This document shows, in pieces, positions 29,103 through 40,351 of a DNA stretch of 64,000 bases (position 1 is its first letter; every line of letters begins with the position of its first letter). Source of the stretch: a virus. The translations under genes and the position numbers were made by a program. The stretch lies in IMG/VR virus record IMGVR_UViG_3300042914_002167; one strand, 5' to 3'. Below the pieces are notes generated by a model. It ran no database searches. It saw nothing but the letters and a program-made list of their open reading frames with translations, and was not told the origin of the DNA.

Positions 29103-29105
29103 ATA
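29098..29105 (+). promoter_or_regulatory. T4-type late promoter
   Basis: TATAAATA overlapping the upstream stop codon, ahead of gp8. Confidence 0.72.
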
Positions 29106-29152
29106 GATTATTCGTATCAAATTCAAACTCCAAACTTCAGGAGACATAAGAC

Positions 29153-30445
29153 ATGCCAGCAATCGTAACAAATAAATTCAGATTTCACAATGCAGTTCAG
29201 TTCAAAGAAGCATTTGATGAAGTCGCAAACACAGTTGTATACTTCTATGTCGGCGGTCCGACTGCGTTTACTGATGATTTGAATCCACCGACGCCAAGTT
29301 CAACAACAGCCAATATTGAATTCACTCCATGGACTGACATGATCGGCATGAAGCGAGTTCAACCTTCGGATGTATCTTTTGTTGTTCCTAGACACAATTG
29401 GTCTTCTGGAACAGTCTATACTCAGTTTGACGACAAGCTGACAAATATTTTGACAAATAACTTCTTTGTTCTGACAGATGATTATAATGTTTACAAGTGT
29501 CTGTTTAACAACAACGGAGTGGCTTCAACTACAAAGCCAACTGGCACAAGTTCATCTCCGATCACGACAGCAGATGGATATGTTTGGAAGTTCATGTATA
29601 GCGTCACAACAGCAGATGCATTGAAGTTTTTGACTACAAACTATGTACCAGTCAAAAAATTGACATCAAACGATGGTTCTCCTCAGTGGAGCGTCCAGTC
29701 TTCAGCAGTAGACGGTGCGATTCATGTGATCAAAGTCACAGCCGGCGGCTCTGGATACACCGGAACACCGACAGTCACAATCACAGGAGATGGCGCTGGT
29801 GCCAATGCAACAGCAGTGATCACTGCCAACACAGTGACTGCAATTACAGTCAACTCAATTGGAACTGGCTATACAAATGCAACAGTTTCTATCACTGGTG
29901 GTTCTGGAAGCAGTGCAGCAGCTACAGCGATACTGTCACCTAAGGGCGGGCATGGTGCTGATCCAGTAGAAGAGTTGGGTGGTCTATTCGTTCTTGTCAA
30001 CACACGATTAGACGGCACCGAGTCTTCAACATTCTCAGTTGCTAATCAGTTCAGAAAGATTGGTCTTGTAAGAGATCCATTTACATTTGGAACATCTACA
30101 TCAGCACTTGGTTCTGTTTATCGTCAGACATATAGATATACACTAACAGGAACAACAGGCACATTCTCTATTGATGAGACTGTGACATCTGGAAGCAACA
30201 CTGCAACTGTTGTTGAATATGATTCTTCAAATAATTACATATACACTACAGTTCCTTTGCCGCAGGCGTTTGCAAATACAGCGGCTATTTCAGGCAATTC
30301 TTCTGGTGCAGCAGCAACAATAAACGGAATTTCAACTCCAGGCATTCAACCATACTCTGGAGAGATACTGTATGTTGAAAACAGATCACCAATTCAAAGA
30401 GCGGCAGATCAAATTGAAGATGTCAAACTAATCGTTGAATTCTAA
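29153..30445 (+). CDS. gp8: baseplate wedge gp8
   Basis: AI.T.KFR..NA, R.NW.SGT.Y, YKCL.N, DGY.WKFMY, GHG.DP..ELG and R..DQ.ED.KL..EF. Confidence 0.9.
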   Translation: MPAIVTNKFRFHNAVQFKEAFDEVANTVVYFYVGGPTAFTDDLNPPTPSSTTANIEFTPWTDMIGMKRVQPSDVSFVVPRHNWSSGTVYTQFDDKLTNILTNNFFVLTDDYNVYKCLFNNNGVASTTKPTGTSSSPITTADGYVWKFMYSVTTADALKFLTTNYVPVKKLTSNDGSPQWSVQSSAVDGAIHVIKVTAGGSGYTGTPTVTITGDGAGANATAVITANTVTAITVNSIGTGYTNATVSITGGSGSSAAATAILSPKGGHGADPVEELGGLFVLVNTRLDGTESSTFSVANQFRKIGLVRDPFTFGTSTSALGSVYRQTYRYTLTGTTGTFSIDETVTSGSNTATVVEYDSSNNYIYTTVPLPQAFANTAAISGNSSGAAATINGISTPGIQPYSGEILYVENRSPIQRAADQIEDVKLIVEF

Positions 30446-30465
30446 TCGTCTAGGAAAAAAGAACC

Positions 30466-33400
30466 ATGTCAAATCCAGGTGGCGTAAATCTAAATGTAAG
30501 CCCTTATTATGATGATTACGATGAGGATAAGAAATACTCTCGTATTCTATTTCGCCCTGGGCGCGCAGTTCAGGCTAGAGAACTAACACAACTTCAGACA
30601 ATCTTCCAGAAACAAATTCAGAGATTTGGTAATTACTTCTTCAAAGAGGGTAGTATTATTGATGGCTGTGAGCAGGGGCTAGACTTGAATCTGTCATATG
30701 CTAAACTTCAGCCAACTTATAATGGAAATCAAATTGATGTAGACAATTTCAATGGAAAAAATGTAATTGGTTCAGAAACTGGAATTAAAGTAAAAGTTGG
30801 ATTAGTATCTGATATTGAGGGTAATGATCCAAAGACATTGTTCATTAACTACGCATCATCTGGAACGATGATTCTATCTGTAAATGCAGTTCCTTCAACC
30901 ATAGTTTCTGGAAATACAATATCAACTGCAAATGCATCAGGTAGAATTGAATATTGGAATGATTCTCTTTTCAAAATCTATGTTTCAAATATTACTGGTA
31001 CATTTGTTCCGACAAATGCAACTACAGTAAGTTCAAATGGTTCTACATTGACTGTTCAAATCAACACAGTTACAGATAAAAGAGCATCAAAAGTATTAGA
31101 AGACGATGAAATCATTTTCACTGATGAGGCTTCTCCAGTATATGCAAATACTGCCATTTTACAGGCTACATCGCATACGGAAAATGATGTAACATATACT
31201 AAAGGCTCAAAAGTATCTGTTGGTGATGGCGTTGTATATGTTGCTGATCATTTTACAAAGAATACAAATCAAACTATCATTCTAGATAAGTATAAGAATA
31301 CTCCATCTTACAAAGTTGGCTTTGTTCCTACTAAAACTTTTGTTGATTATATTGAAGATCCTTCGCTAGTAGATAACGCACAGGGTACTCCAAACTATCA
31401 AGCTCCTGGAGCAGATAGATTTAAGATTGATACTGTTCTAACTAAACTTGAGTTGAATGCTGAAACATCAGAATCTGAGTTTATAACACTGATTGAAGTT
31501 GATGGTGGCTCAGTAAAGAAAAGAAAATCATTTGGTCTTGAAAGCAAACTAGAAGAAGTCATTGCTAAGAGAACATTTGAAGAATCTGGTGACTATACTC
31601 TCTCAAATCCAAAAATCAATATTCGTGAACACCTTTTAGCGGATAATAATGCAGGTAGATATACATCTGCCGAGGGCGGTAATACTAATCTATTGCTTCT
31701 GGAAGTTGATCCTTTTGTTGGATATGTAAAAGGTTTCAGAAATGAATTCATCACTAGACAGAGTATTCAACTAAACAAAGGTTTAGATACACAGTACATC
31801 CAACAGAATAAAATTCAATTAGCATATGGAAATTATGTTGAAGTAAATGATGTAATTGGTCCTTGGGACTTGATGGAAAGTACAAAAATTGATTTGTATG
31901 ATACTGCTTTTAATGCAATTGCAGCTGGTGGATTTTCACTTGCAACATCTACAGCAGGAAAAACTAAAATCGGTGAAGCAAGAGTTCGCTCTATTGAGTA
32001 TGTGAGTGGAAGCCCAGGCACAGTAAACGCAACATATAGAATCTATCTTTTCGATATCGTAATGAATTCTGGCAAATACTTCAGCGATGTCAGAGCACTA
32101 TATGATGCAGGTACTATTCAAAGAATTGCAGATACTGTGCTTGACTCATCTGGTAGGGCAATTCTTCAAGAATCTACATACTCTGTTGGGCTATTTGAGT
32201 TTCCATATGAAGCAGTCAAAACAATTCGTGACTCTAATGGCAACATCGTAAGTGGCTACACATTCAAAAAAGAGTTTCAAGTAACATTTACTAATGGAGT
32301 TGCTACTGTAAGTTCTGGCGATAACTCTGAAAACTTTGTTGGTTCTGGTGTCCTTTCTTCATCACAAAAGAACATCAACTACACTGTAGTTGTAAACAAT
32401 AGCAACACTAACGTAGAAACAACATCGTTGACTGGTACAGTGACCGCTGCAAATAATTCTACATCCGTAACGGGCGCTGGAACAAATTTCATCTCACAAT
32501 TCAACGTGGGTGACTACATCAAAGCCTCTGGTCAAACAAGACGAATCTCTACAATCACTAGTGCTACGGCATTGGTTGTTGAAACAGCATTTTCTCCTGC
32601 TGTAACCACAGCGGCAATGACAAAAGTTATTCCAGCTGGAGCATATGTTGACTTGTCTGGCAATGGTGGCTCTGCACTCAGTAGAGTTGTCACAGTGTCT
32701 TCACCGAGCACAATTCAAATTGACATCAAAGAACCGGCAACATTCACTGCCAGTTTGATTGCGACGATGAACAAGACTTCTGCAAGAGAGATGCAGAAAC
32801 TTCTTCAGCCGAATCAGCAAGTCTTCATTCAAGCTAACACTCATCCAAGTGGTTTGAGTGGTCCTTACTCTCTGGGTAAGTCTGATGTGTATAAGATTCG
32901 TGGCATTTATCAGGCTGCAAACTTTGTTAGTGTGCCAACAACAGCAAACACTGATGTCACTGCTAACTACATTTTTGACAACGGGCAAAGAGATTCAACA
33001 TATGAACACGGAAGAATCACTCCAAAAGTTGGCATAGTTCCAACAGGAAGACTTCTTGTCGTTTTTGACTTCTTCAGGCACGACACAACGCAAGGTGTTG
33101 GATATATGTCTGTTGATTCATATCCAGTTGACGATGTTGGCACAAGCAACACTACAATAGATACCGCTGAGATTCCATCATATGTCAGTTCATCTACAGG
33201 TACGAAATATGAACTTAGAAATTCTATTGACTTGCGCATTAGAAAACTTGATGATAACGCAAACACAATCAATCCAGTAGATCCTGGCACATATCAGATT
33301 CCTATTGGTGGATTGCACAACACGAAACCAAGTTCAGATTTTGATTCTGATGTCATCATATACAAGGGAAGAATTTCTAGACTGTTCTTGAACGAAAATG

Positions 33401-36400
33401 GTGAGTTTGGTATTGTTGATGGTAGCCCAGGCTATCCTAAACCACAAGTTCCGCCTTCTGTACCAGGAACACTGGACCTAGCAATCATCAATGTGCATCC
33501 GTATCCTTCTTCTCCTGTTGATATTGTCATTGAACCACAGAAGAATCGTAGATACACAATGAAAGATATTGGTAAAATTGAAGATCGGATCAATAGACTT
33601 GAGTACTACACATCGTTGAATCTTCTAGAGAAGCAAGCAGCAGATTTGTCTATTCTTGATGAGAATGGTCTTGATAGATTCAAGAATGGTCTTCTTGTTG
33701 ATTCATTTACAGGATACAACATAGCCGATGTAAACAATGAATATCTGAAGGTGTCTATAGACACTAAGGAAAAATATGTAACAGCACAAGCGTCTGTCGG
33801 TGAAATTCCATTGAAGTATACAACAACAGGATCTTCTGGAGTGACAAGAACACCCGGAAATAAACTCATGTTGAACTACACACATGAAGTGTTCTCAGAG
33901 AATCCATATGCTTCATCTGCATTGAATCTATCTCAAGAATTGACATATGACTGGACTGGAGTCATGTCAATTCTTCCATCTACAGATAACTGGGTGGATA
34001 CCACAAACAATCCTTTGAAGAATCTAGTTGTCGTTGATCTTGAGGGTAACGCAGACAATTGGAGAACAATCGCCAATGCGTGGGACACAGAACTAAACTC
34101 ATGGGAATCTAGATGGGTTGGAACATCAGTTCAGCAAGAAGTTGGCAGCACAAAATCAACCGTCGCTAGAGTTGTTCAGCAAACTCAGTTGGGCGAGTTG
34201 ATCGGTTCTAACATTACAGTTGGAACAACAGAATCACAAACACCAGCTAGAGTTGTAGATGTTTCAGTCAATCACTTCATGAGAAGCAGAGACTTCATCT
34301 TTGATGTAAGTGGAGTAAAATCCAATTCTAGACTCTATGCTTTCTTTGATGGAATAGATGTAACTGCAAATTGTACTCAAATCACGATCAACAGTGGATA
34401 TACAACTCGCGATGTGTTTGATCTTCTAGATGCAAATGGAACAGTTTCATCAAACACTACAGTTTACACAGTAAAATCTACTGGAACGATGTTCGCTGAT
34501 GGTGAAGGTAAACTTGTTGGAATCTTTACTCTTCCTGCGCAAAAGTTTAGTGTGGGTCAGAGAGAATTCAAGTTGATTGATGATGCTCAGAATAGAGACT
34601 CAGTGGCAACAACAAGCACAAAGAACTCAATTGTTGCTCAGGGTCTTTCTGTGATTTCTGCGTCTAATCATGTTAACACAAGACCAATCAATGTGAATTT
34701 TACATCTGCACTTGAAAAGAGCAACATCAGTCGCCAGATCAAAAGCCCAACAAACACATTTGTTCGTGATCCGTTGTCACAGAGTTTCTTTATTGACGAA
34801 GTGAACTATGCTTATGGCGTATTTGTGTCTAAGATTGATGTATACTTCAAGACAAAATCGGCAAATAGCTCTACGAAAGTATACATGCAGATTCGCGAGA
34901 TGGAGAATGGATTCCCCACTCGCAAAGCAATTGGCGACTCTACAACATTTGTCCGATCAGGAAACATCGCAGTCAGCGCAGATGGAACTACAGCAACAAC
35001 ATTCACATTTGATAGCCCAATCTATCTATTGCCGGGAATTGACTACTGCTTCTCTCTAATTCCGGAGGGCAATGTCGATGACTTTGAAATTTGGACTGCT
35101 GAATTGGGTGCACTTGATGTGTCTAGTGGAGATTTGCAGAAGAGAATAGAGAAACAACCAGCAGCCGGTATTCTATTCACATCTTCAAATGACTTCTCTT
35201 GGTCTGTCCGTCAAAATCAAGATTTGAAGTATAAGATTTATGTAGCCAAGTTCGCTCCAAGTGCATCTGGTGTTGTTGTTCTTGAGAACAAACCTATTGC
35301 ATCTAGCAGAACATACTCATCGTTTGTTCCAAACATTGCTGCGTTGACTCCAGATAAGACTGGTGTAGTGTTCAATGCAAGAGTTTCTGACTCATCTGGT
35401 CTATTGACAAACTATTTCAATGTCAACAACATTGAAAAGGTAAACTTGCCCAATAGAAAGAGTCTTCTGACATCTGCGCAAGAAGTTTCAGCCGGTGTCA
35501 AATCCATGAATGTTCGCGGAACAATGAGCACGCAGAATGAGTATATCACTCCTTTTATTGATTTGGAGAGACTCCAATCTGTGACTCTTGACTATTCTAT
35601 AAACAACACAACATCTTTAACTTTAGATGGAACTGCAACTGTCACTGCGGGATCAAACACTGTTGTCGGATCTAGCACACTGTTTACATCCCAAGTTCTT
35701 GCTGGCGAATACATCTCGTTTGGAGGAGTTTATCGGCAAGTGACAGCCGTGACAAATAACACAAGTTTGATTGTGGGAACTGCATTCTCAGCAAATGCTT
35801 CTGCTGTTTTGATAACCGCAGATAACGAAGAAAATCCTAAGGGACCGTATGTATCTGGAGCAAGATACATCAGTCGCCGAGTTGAATTGGCTGATGGATT
35901 TGAAGCAAATGACTTGACTGTTTATCTAGATGTAAATAGACCAGCCGGAACTGCTATCAAAGTCTACTATAAAGTTCTTCATGAAACTGATAGTGATTCA
36001 TTTGATGACAAGTTCTATAGAGAGATGTCACTTGATGGCAGCGCAACATTCACTTCAGATTCATCAGCATACACTGAAGAGAAGTATGTGGTGCCAACAT
36101 CTGTAAAGAGTGGCGGCACCCTTCTGTTGAACGGAACTGTGGCTGTCAGCAATGTGTCAACTACAGTAACTGGTACATCAACACGATTCCTTGAAGAGTT
36201 GAAAATTGGCGACACAATCACTGTTGGCACAACATCAAAAATAGTTTCTACAGTTGCAAACAATATTTCCATGACTGTTGACAGTGCATTCAGCACAGTT
36301 GCATCAGATCAATTTGCATTCAAGCAATTGAATAATTCGTTGACATACACAACTCCAGACGGGCGTGTATATTCTGGTTATAAATACTTCGCCATCAAGA

Positions 36401-36471
36401 TTGTATTCTTGTCAGATAATAATGCAATTGCACCAAGAGTGAAGAGACTTCGCACAATTTCGTTGACATAA
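30466..36471 (+). CDS. large virion structural protein (VrlC-like)
   Basis: NVSPYYDD, LFRPG.AVQARELTQLQ, APGADR, RYTMKDIGK.E.RI..LEYYTSL, RFKNG..VD.F and DPL.QSF. Confidence 0.85.
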   Translation: MSNPGGVNLNVSPYYDDYDEDKKYSRILFRPGRAVQARELTQLQTIFQKQIQRFGNYFFKEGSIIDGCEQGLDLNLSYAKLQPTYNGNQIDVDNFNGKNVIGSETGIKVKVGLVSDIEGNDPKTLFINYASSGTMILSVNAVPSTIVSGNTISTANASGRIEYWNDSLFKIYVSNITGTFVPTNATTVSSNGSTLTVQINTVTDKRASKVLEDDEIIFTDEASPVYANTAILQATSHTENDVTYTKGSKVSVGDGVVYVADHFTKNTNQTIILDKYKNTPSYKVGFVPTKTFVDYIEDPSLVDNAQGTPNYQAPGADRFKIDTVLTKLELNAETSESEFITLIEVDGGSVKKRKSFGLESKLEEVIAKRTFEESGDYTLSNPKINIREHLLADNNAGRYTSAEGGNTNLLLLEVDPFVGYVKGFRNEFITRQSIQLNKGLDTQYIQQNKIQLAYGNYVEVNDVIGPWDLMESTKIDLYDTAFNAIAAGGFSLATSTAGKTKIGEARVRSIEYVSGSPGTVNATYRIYLFDIVMNSGKYFSDVRALYDAGTIQRIADTVLDSSGRAILQESTYSVGLFEFPYEAVKTIRDSNGNIVSGYTFKKEFQVTFTNGVATVSSGDNSENFVGSGVLSSSQKNINYTVVVNNSNTNVETTSLTGTVTAANNSTSVTGAGTNFISQFNVGDYIKASGQTRRISTITSATALVVETAFSPAVTTAAMTKVIPAGAYVDLSGNGGSALSRVVTVSSPSTIQIDIKEPATFTASLIATMNKTSAREMQKLLQPNQQVFIQANTHPSGLSGPYSLGKSDVYKIRGIYQAANFVSVPTTANTDVTANYIFDNGQRDSTYEHGRITPKVGIVPTGRLLVVFDFFRHDTTQGVGYMSVDSYPVDDVGTSNTTIDTAEIPSYVSSSTGTKYELRNSIDLRIRKLDDNANTINPVDPGTYQIPIGGLHNTKPSSDFDSDVIIYKGRISRLFLNENGEFGIVDGSPGYPKPQVPPSVPGTLDLAIINVHPYPSSPVDIVIEPQKNRRYTMKDIGKIEDRINRLEYYTSLNLLEKQAADLSILDENGLDRFKNGLLVDSFTGYNIADVNNEYLKVSIDTKEKYVTAQASVGEIPLKYTTTGSSGVTRTPGNKLMLNYTHEVFSENPYASSALNLSQELTYDWTGVMSILPSTDNWVDTTNNPLKNLVVVDLEGNADNWRTIANAWDTELNSWESRWVGTSVQQEVGSTKSTVARVVQQTQLGELIGSNITVGTTESQTPARVVDVSVNHFMRSRDFIFDVSGVKSNSRLYAFFDGIDVTANCTQITINSGYTTRDVFDLLDANGTVSSNTTVYTVKSTGTMFADGEGKLVGIFTLPAQKFSVGQREFKLIDDAQNRDSVATTSTKNSIVAQGLSVISASNHVNTRPINVNFTSALEKSNISRQIKSPTNTFVRDPLSQSFFIDEVNYAYGVFVSKIDVYFKTKSANSSTKVYMQIREMENGFPTRKAIGDSTTFVRSGNIAVSADGTTATTFTFDSPIYLLPGIDYCFSLIPEGNVDDFEIWTAELGALDVSSGDLQKRIEKQPAAGILFTSSNDFSWSVRQNQDLKYKIYVAKFAPSASGVVVLENKPIASSRTYSSFVPNIAALTPDKTGVVFNARVSDSSGLLTNYFNVNNIEKVNLPNRKSLLTSAQEVSAGVKSMNVRGTMSTQNEYITPFIDLERLQSVTLDYSINNTTSLTLDGTATVTAGSNTVVGSSTLFTSQVLAGEYISFGGVYRQVTAVTNNTSLIVGTAFSANASAVLITADNEENPKGPYVSGARYISRRVELADGFEANDLTVYLDVNRPAGTAIKVYYKVLHETDSDSFDDKFYREMSLDGSATFTSDSSAYTEEKYVVPTSVKSGGTLLLNGTVAVSNVSTTVTGTSTRFLEELKIGDTITVGTTSKIVSTVANNISMTVDSAFSTVASDQFAFKQLNNSLTYTTPDGRVYSGYKYFAIKIVFLSDNNAIAPRVKRLRTISLT

Positions 36472-36740
36472 TGATGCCGACACCGATGATGAATAATAAA
36501 GAAATAATAAAACTGAAAGAAGTGCATAATGGATTCTCTGAACGGGATATTCACTCTAAGGCAATTTTGAGTAGAGATAATGATTCTCTTTTGAAGTATA
36601 AGATACAGAAGAATAGAATGAATTCTATTTCTTCAAGTGCAAAAGAAATGGAATCACTGAAGTCAGAATTCATTTCTATCAAAGAAGAATTAAATGAAAT
36701 AAGAAACTTACTTCTAAGAATTACAGCAGGTAAACAATAA
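36471..36740 (+). CDS. small coiled-coil hypothetical protein
   Basis: RD..S.AI motif and C-terminal coiled coil; typical neighbour of VrlC-like genes. Confidence 0.7.
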   Translation: MMPTPMMNNKEIIKLKEVHNGFSERDIHSKAILSRDNDSLLKYKIQKNRMNSISSSAKEMESLKSEFISIKEELNEIRNLLLRITAGKQ

Positions 36741-38359
36741 TGCCAATTCAAACAGTTGCCATTTCAAACACATTTAATGAACTGCGTGTCGCTACGAATT
36801 CTGTTATTGGTGAAGTCAATAATCTAAGTAATGGCGTCGGTAATATCGTTATTGATAGTATTACCGCAAACACATATGTTGGAGTTTCTTCTAATCTCAA
36901 CATTTCTGGAAATACAGGCTCTGATGTAGTGAGTTTGACATCCGAAACTCTTAGAGTTGTTGGTACAAATGGCATCACAACAAATGTAAATTCTAGTTCA
37001 AATACAATAAGTGTTAATCTAGGATCAAGTCTATCACTCAGTACTCTAGCACTTACAGGCGCCACTCCAAATACTTTTGATATAACAGGAGGCATTAGAC
37101 TCAATGGCACAACAACAGGATATGTTGGTCTTCAAGTAGCGACATCTGGAACAAATCAAACATATACACTTCCTGCTTCTGACGGGCTGAGCGGTCAAGT
37201 TCTACAGACAAACGGAGTCGGATCTCTTTCATGGGTGAATCAATCTGCCGGTGGTGGTGGAGGTGGTGGAGGAAGTGGAACATCCACATCAAGAACCGCA
37301 TTCACTGCAACCGGTGGGCAGACAACGTTCAGTCTGACTTATACAGTTGGGCAGATTGATGTCTACATGAACGGTTCTAAGTTGGTAGCTAATAATGACT
37401 TCACTGCGACAAATGGAACTTCTATTGTTCTTGCAACAGGCGCAGTCGCTGGCGATGTCATTGATGCTGTCACTTATTCAAGTCAATGGATTTCTTCTGG
37501 ATCAAATCTTTACTACGCAGACGGAAACATCGGTGTAGGAACAACAAATCCATCGGCGAGAATTCATGCTGCTAGCGCAAACACTGCGTTTGCTGTAGGA
37601 ACAATTAGACTTGACGGCGCAAACGCCACAGGCGTAATTGATGCACCCACAACAATCAATGCAGTTACGGGAGGTGGCGCAGGCAACGGCGGAAGCCAGT
37701 TGTACTTCCAAACACGCGAAGAGAACGGCTCATTGACTGAGAGACTCCGTATCAATCAGTTGGGTAGAGTTGGTATTGGTACAGTCACACCCAACACAGA
37801 ACTTGATGTAATTGGCACAGTCACTGCTACAACATTCTCTGGTTCTGGTGCATCTCTAACTTCAATAAATGCTTCAAATGTTTCTTCTGGAACTTTAGAT
37901 AACGCTAGAACAACAGCAGCATCAGCCAATGGTGCATCAACGATTGTAACTAGAGATGCAGCAGGTAACTTTGTTGCAAATACAATTTCTTTGACAAACT
38001 TTGCAGTTGGTGTTGCGAGCCCAGCAGCAAACACAAAAGTGGATATTTTAGGTTCTCAAGCGGGCAACATCGTAGCAGTTGCTGCTCTAAACATTGATTG
38101 CTCAACTGGCAACTTCTTCACTAAAACAATCGCAGCAGACAGCACATTCACATTCAGTAATGTTCCTGCATCTAGAGCATATGGTTTCACACTTGAACTC
38201 ACTCACACTAGCGGCAATGTGACATGGCCAGGCACGGTGAGATGGCCAGCAAACACTGCGCCAACACTGACAACAAGCAAAACTCATTTGTTTATGTTTG
38301 TCACAGATGATAGCGGATCAAGATGGCGCGGCTCTTCTCTTCTGAATTATGATAACTGA
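36740..38359 (+). CDS. tail fibre-like virion protein
   Basis: NTF..L.V.TN N-terminus, LP..DG..GQVL.T.G.G.LSW, AT.GQT.F, G.VGIGT..P repeats and a W..G..P.L C-terminal domain. Confidence 0.75.
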   Translation: MPIQTVAISNTFNELRVATNSVIGEVNNLSNGVGNIVIDSITANTYVGVSSNLNISGNTGSDVVSLTSETLRVVGTNGITTNVNSSSNTISVNLGSSLSLSTLALTGATPNTFDITGGIRLNGTTTGYVGLQVATSGTNQTYTLPASDGLSGQVLQTNGVGSLSWVNQSAGGGGGGGGSGTSTSRTAFTATGGQTTFSLTYTVGQIDVYMNGSKLVANNDFTATNGTSIVLATGAVAGDVIDAVTYSSQWISSGSNLYYADGNIGVGTTNPSARIHAASANTAFAVGTIRLDGANATGVIDAPTTINAVTGGGAGNGGSQLYFQTREENGSLTERLRINQLGRVGIGTVTPNTELDVIGTVTATTFSGSGASLTSINASNVSSGTLDNARTTAASANGASTIVTRDAAGNFVANTISLTNFAVGVASPAANTKVDILGSQAGNIVAVAALNIDCSTGNFFTKTIAADSTFTFSNVPASRAYGFTLELTHTSGNVTWPGTVRWPANTAPTLTTSKTHLFMFVTDDSGSRWRGSSLLNYDN

Positions 38360-38374
38360 TCGGGAGCAATAATA

Positions 38375-40342
38375 ATGGATCGTTTGACACGAATGTTATC
38401 TCAGGCGGCAGGTGGCGCCGCAGAATCTACTTATGTTGAGGACGTTTTCTCAACGTACCTCTACACCGGCAACGGCTCTACGCAAACCATCACCAACGGG
38501 ATTGATCTGGCGGGTAAGGGTGGGTTGGTATGGATCAAGTCTCGCTCGTCGGCTCCACAAGACGGCAGGCATCAAATATTTGATACAGCCAGAGGCATTG
38601 AATATAGGTTGTTTACAGATCAAACAGCCGCGCAAAACGGGCCGTGGGAAACCACATTAGTTCACAACCTTTCAAGCACAGGTTTCAATGTCGGCCTCGG
38701 GGGTTCGATTAACTACACGGGCGAAAACTTTGTCTCATGGACCTTCCGCAAGCAGCCCAAGTTCTTTGATGTGATGACGTATACGGGGAACGGTAATTCC
38801 ACTCAGACCATCAGCCATAATCTCGGCTCTACTCCCGGTTGCATAATTATTAAAGCAACTGTTACTGACAGCGGGCAATCAAACGGAAACTGGGTTGTTT
38901 TTCACAGATCAACACCTGATAACTTTTTGATGCTCAATCGTACCGATATGCAGACTGCCCAAACGGGGGCCACGACAGGTACGAGCACGACCTTTAATGC
39001 AATCAATGGTGTTTGTAACGGTAACGGAATCACCTACGTTGCCTACCTCTTCGCCCACGATGCAGGCGGCTTCGGCGTGTCTGGATCGGACAATGTGATT
39101 AGTTGTGGGTCAGTGACGACTAATGGCAGCGGTGTTGGTTCTGTCAATCTTGGGTGGGAACCTCAATGGGTCTTGGTAAAGGTTACAAACACTACAAACG
39201 ATTGGCGCATTATTGACAATATGCGAGGTTTTGCCGCTACATATATAGCAAACGGCAGTAACCAATTGCGGGCCAACACCACAGGTGCTGAGTCAGACGC
39301 TTCGTATTTCTGCAACTCAACAGGTTTTACCTTTGACGCTGGCGTATCTCAACCATTCATCTACATCGCCATCCGACGCGGCCCGATGAGGACTCCGACG
39401 ACGGGGACGAGTGTTTACGATGCTTCGCTTTATACCGGAAACAACACAACAAGGGTAATTACGGCTCCATTTGTAACTGACTTGGCTGTTGTAAAAAGCC
39501 GAAGTGGTAGCGCCGCTGGGGCAACGTGGGCAGACCGTCTTCGTGGGAGACCCGCGCTTGATTCCAGCAGCACTGGCGCAGAAGTTTCAGCAGATTCGTT
39601 GTTTCCGGCTAACCCTTGGGATTTGCAAGGTGGCGTGCGAATTGGCAACGGAGCTAACGCCACCAACAATGGCAATGGCCCCTCGACCTATGTTGACTGG
39701 AACTTCCGCCGCGCCCCCGGCTTCTTTGATGTGGTGTGCTATACGGGGAATGGTTCGACTCAGACGATAAACCACAATCTTACTGTTAAGCCTGAACTTA
39801 TCATAATAAAGGTACGTAGCCGTAGTGTTACCGGGTGGAGAGTAACGTATTCCATGGGGGCAACAACCTATAATCAAGCATTACTAGAATCCACAGGTTC
39901 CGGATCGTCTTCTAGTTATGGTAGCGGTAGTAACCTAAATGCTGAACCCACTGCATCTGTTTTCTCGGTTGGTAATGTGGGTGAAGTGAATTTTTCAGCG
40001 GCAACATTCGTCGCCTATCTCTTCGCCACTGTCGCAGGCGTCAGCAAGGTGGGCAGCTACACCGGCAACGGCAGCAACCAGACCATCAACTGCGGATTCA
40101 CCACGGGTGCTCGTTTCGTACTCATCAAACGCACGGACAGCACGGGCGACTGGTACGTTTGGGACACGGCCAGAGGCATCGTGTCGGCCAACGACCCGCA
40201 TCTGAGCCTCAACAGCACAGCAGCCGAGGTCACCACCAACGACAGCATTGACCCCGACAACAGCGGGTTCATCGTCAATCAAGTATCGGCTACGAACGTT
40301 AATGTGACAAGCGCGACATACATCTACCTAGCAATAGCGTAA
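38375..40342 (+). CDS. tail-fibre-associated repeat-domain protein (putative receptor binding)
   Basis: Repeated YTGNG..QTI, FFDV..YTGNG, PxxVxIK and W...D..RG units; GC-rich mosaic codon usage. Confidence 0.72.
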   Translation: MDRLTRMLSQAAGGAAESTYVEDVFSTYLYTGNGSTQTITNGIDLAGKGGLVWIKSRSSAPQDGRHQIFDTARGIEYRLFTDQTAAQNGPWETTLVHNLSSTGFNVGLGGSINYTGENFVSWTFRKQPKFFDVMTYTGNGNSTQTISHNLGSTPGCIIIKATVTDSGQSNGNWVVFHRSTPDNFLMLNRTDMQTAQTGATTGTSTTFNAINGVCNGNGITYVAYLFAHDAGGFGVSGSDNVISCGSVTTNGSGVGSVNLGWEPQWVLVKVTNTTNDWRIIDNMRGFAATYIANGSNQLRANTTGAESDASYFCNSTGFTFDAGVSQPFIYIAIRRGPMRTPTTGTSVYDASLYTGNNTTRVITAPFVTDLAVVKSRSGSAAGATWADRLRGRPALDSSSTGAEVSADSLFPANPWDLQGGVRIGNGANATNNGNGPSTYVDWNFRRAPGFFDVVCYTGNGSTQTINHNLTVKPELIIIKVRSRSVTGWRVTYSMGATTYNQALLESTGSGSSSSYGSGSNLNAEPTASVFSVGNVGEVNFSAATFVAYLFATVAGVSKVGSYTGNGSNQTINCGFTTGARFVLIKRTDSTGDWYVWDTARGIVSANDPHLSLNSTAAEVTTNDSIDPDNSGFIVNQVSATNVNVTSATYIYLAIA

Positions 40343-40351
40343 GGGAAAATC

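Noticed and set aside
30466-38359. Enrichment of N-x-S/T sequons or NT dipeptides in structural proteins as glycosylation sites
   Set aside because: A rough manual count is close to what the high N/S/T content predicts; needs a proper statistic.
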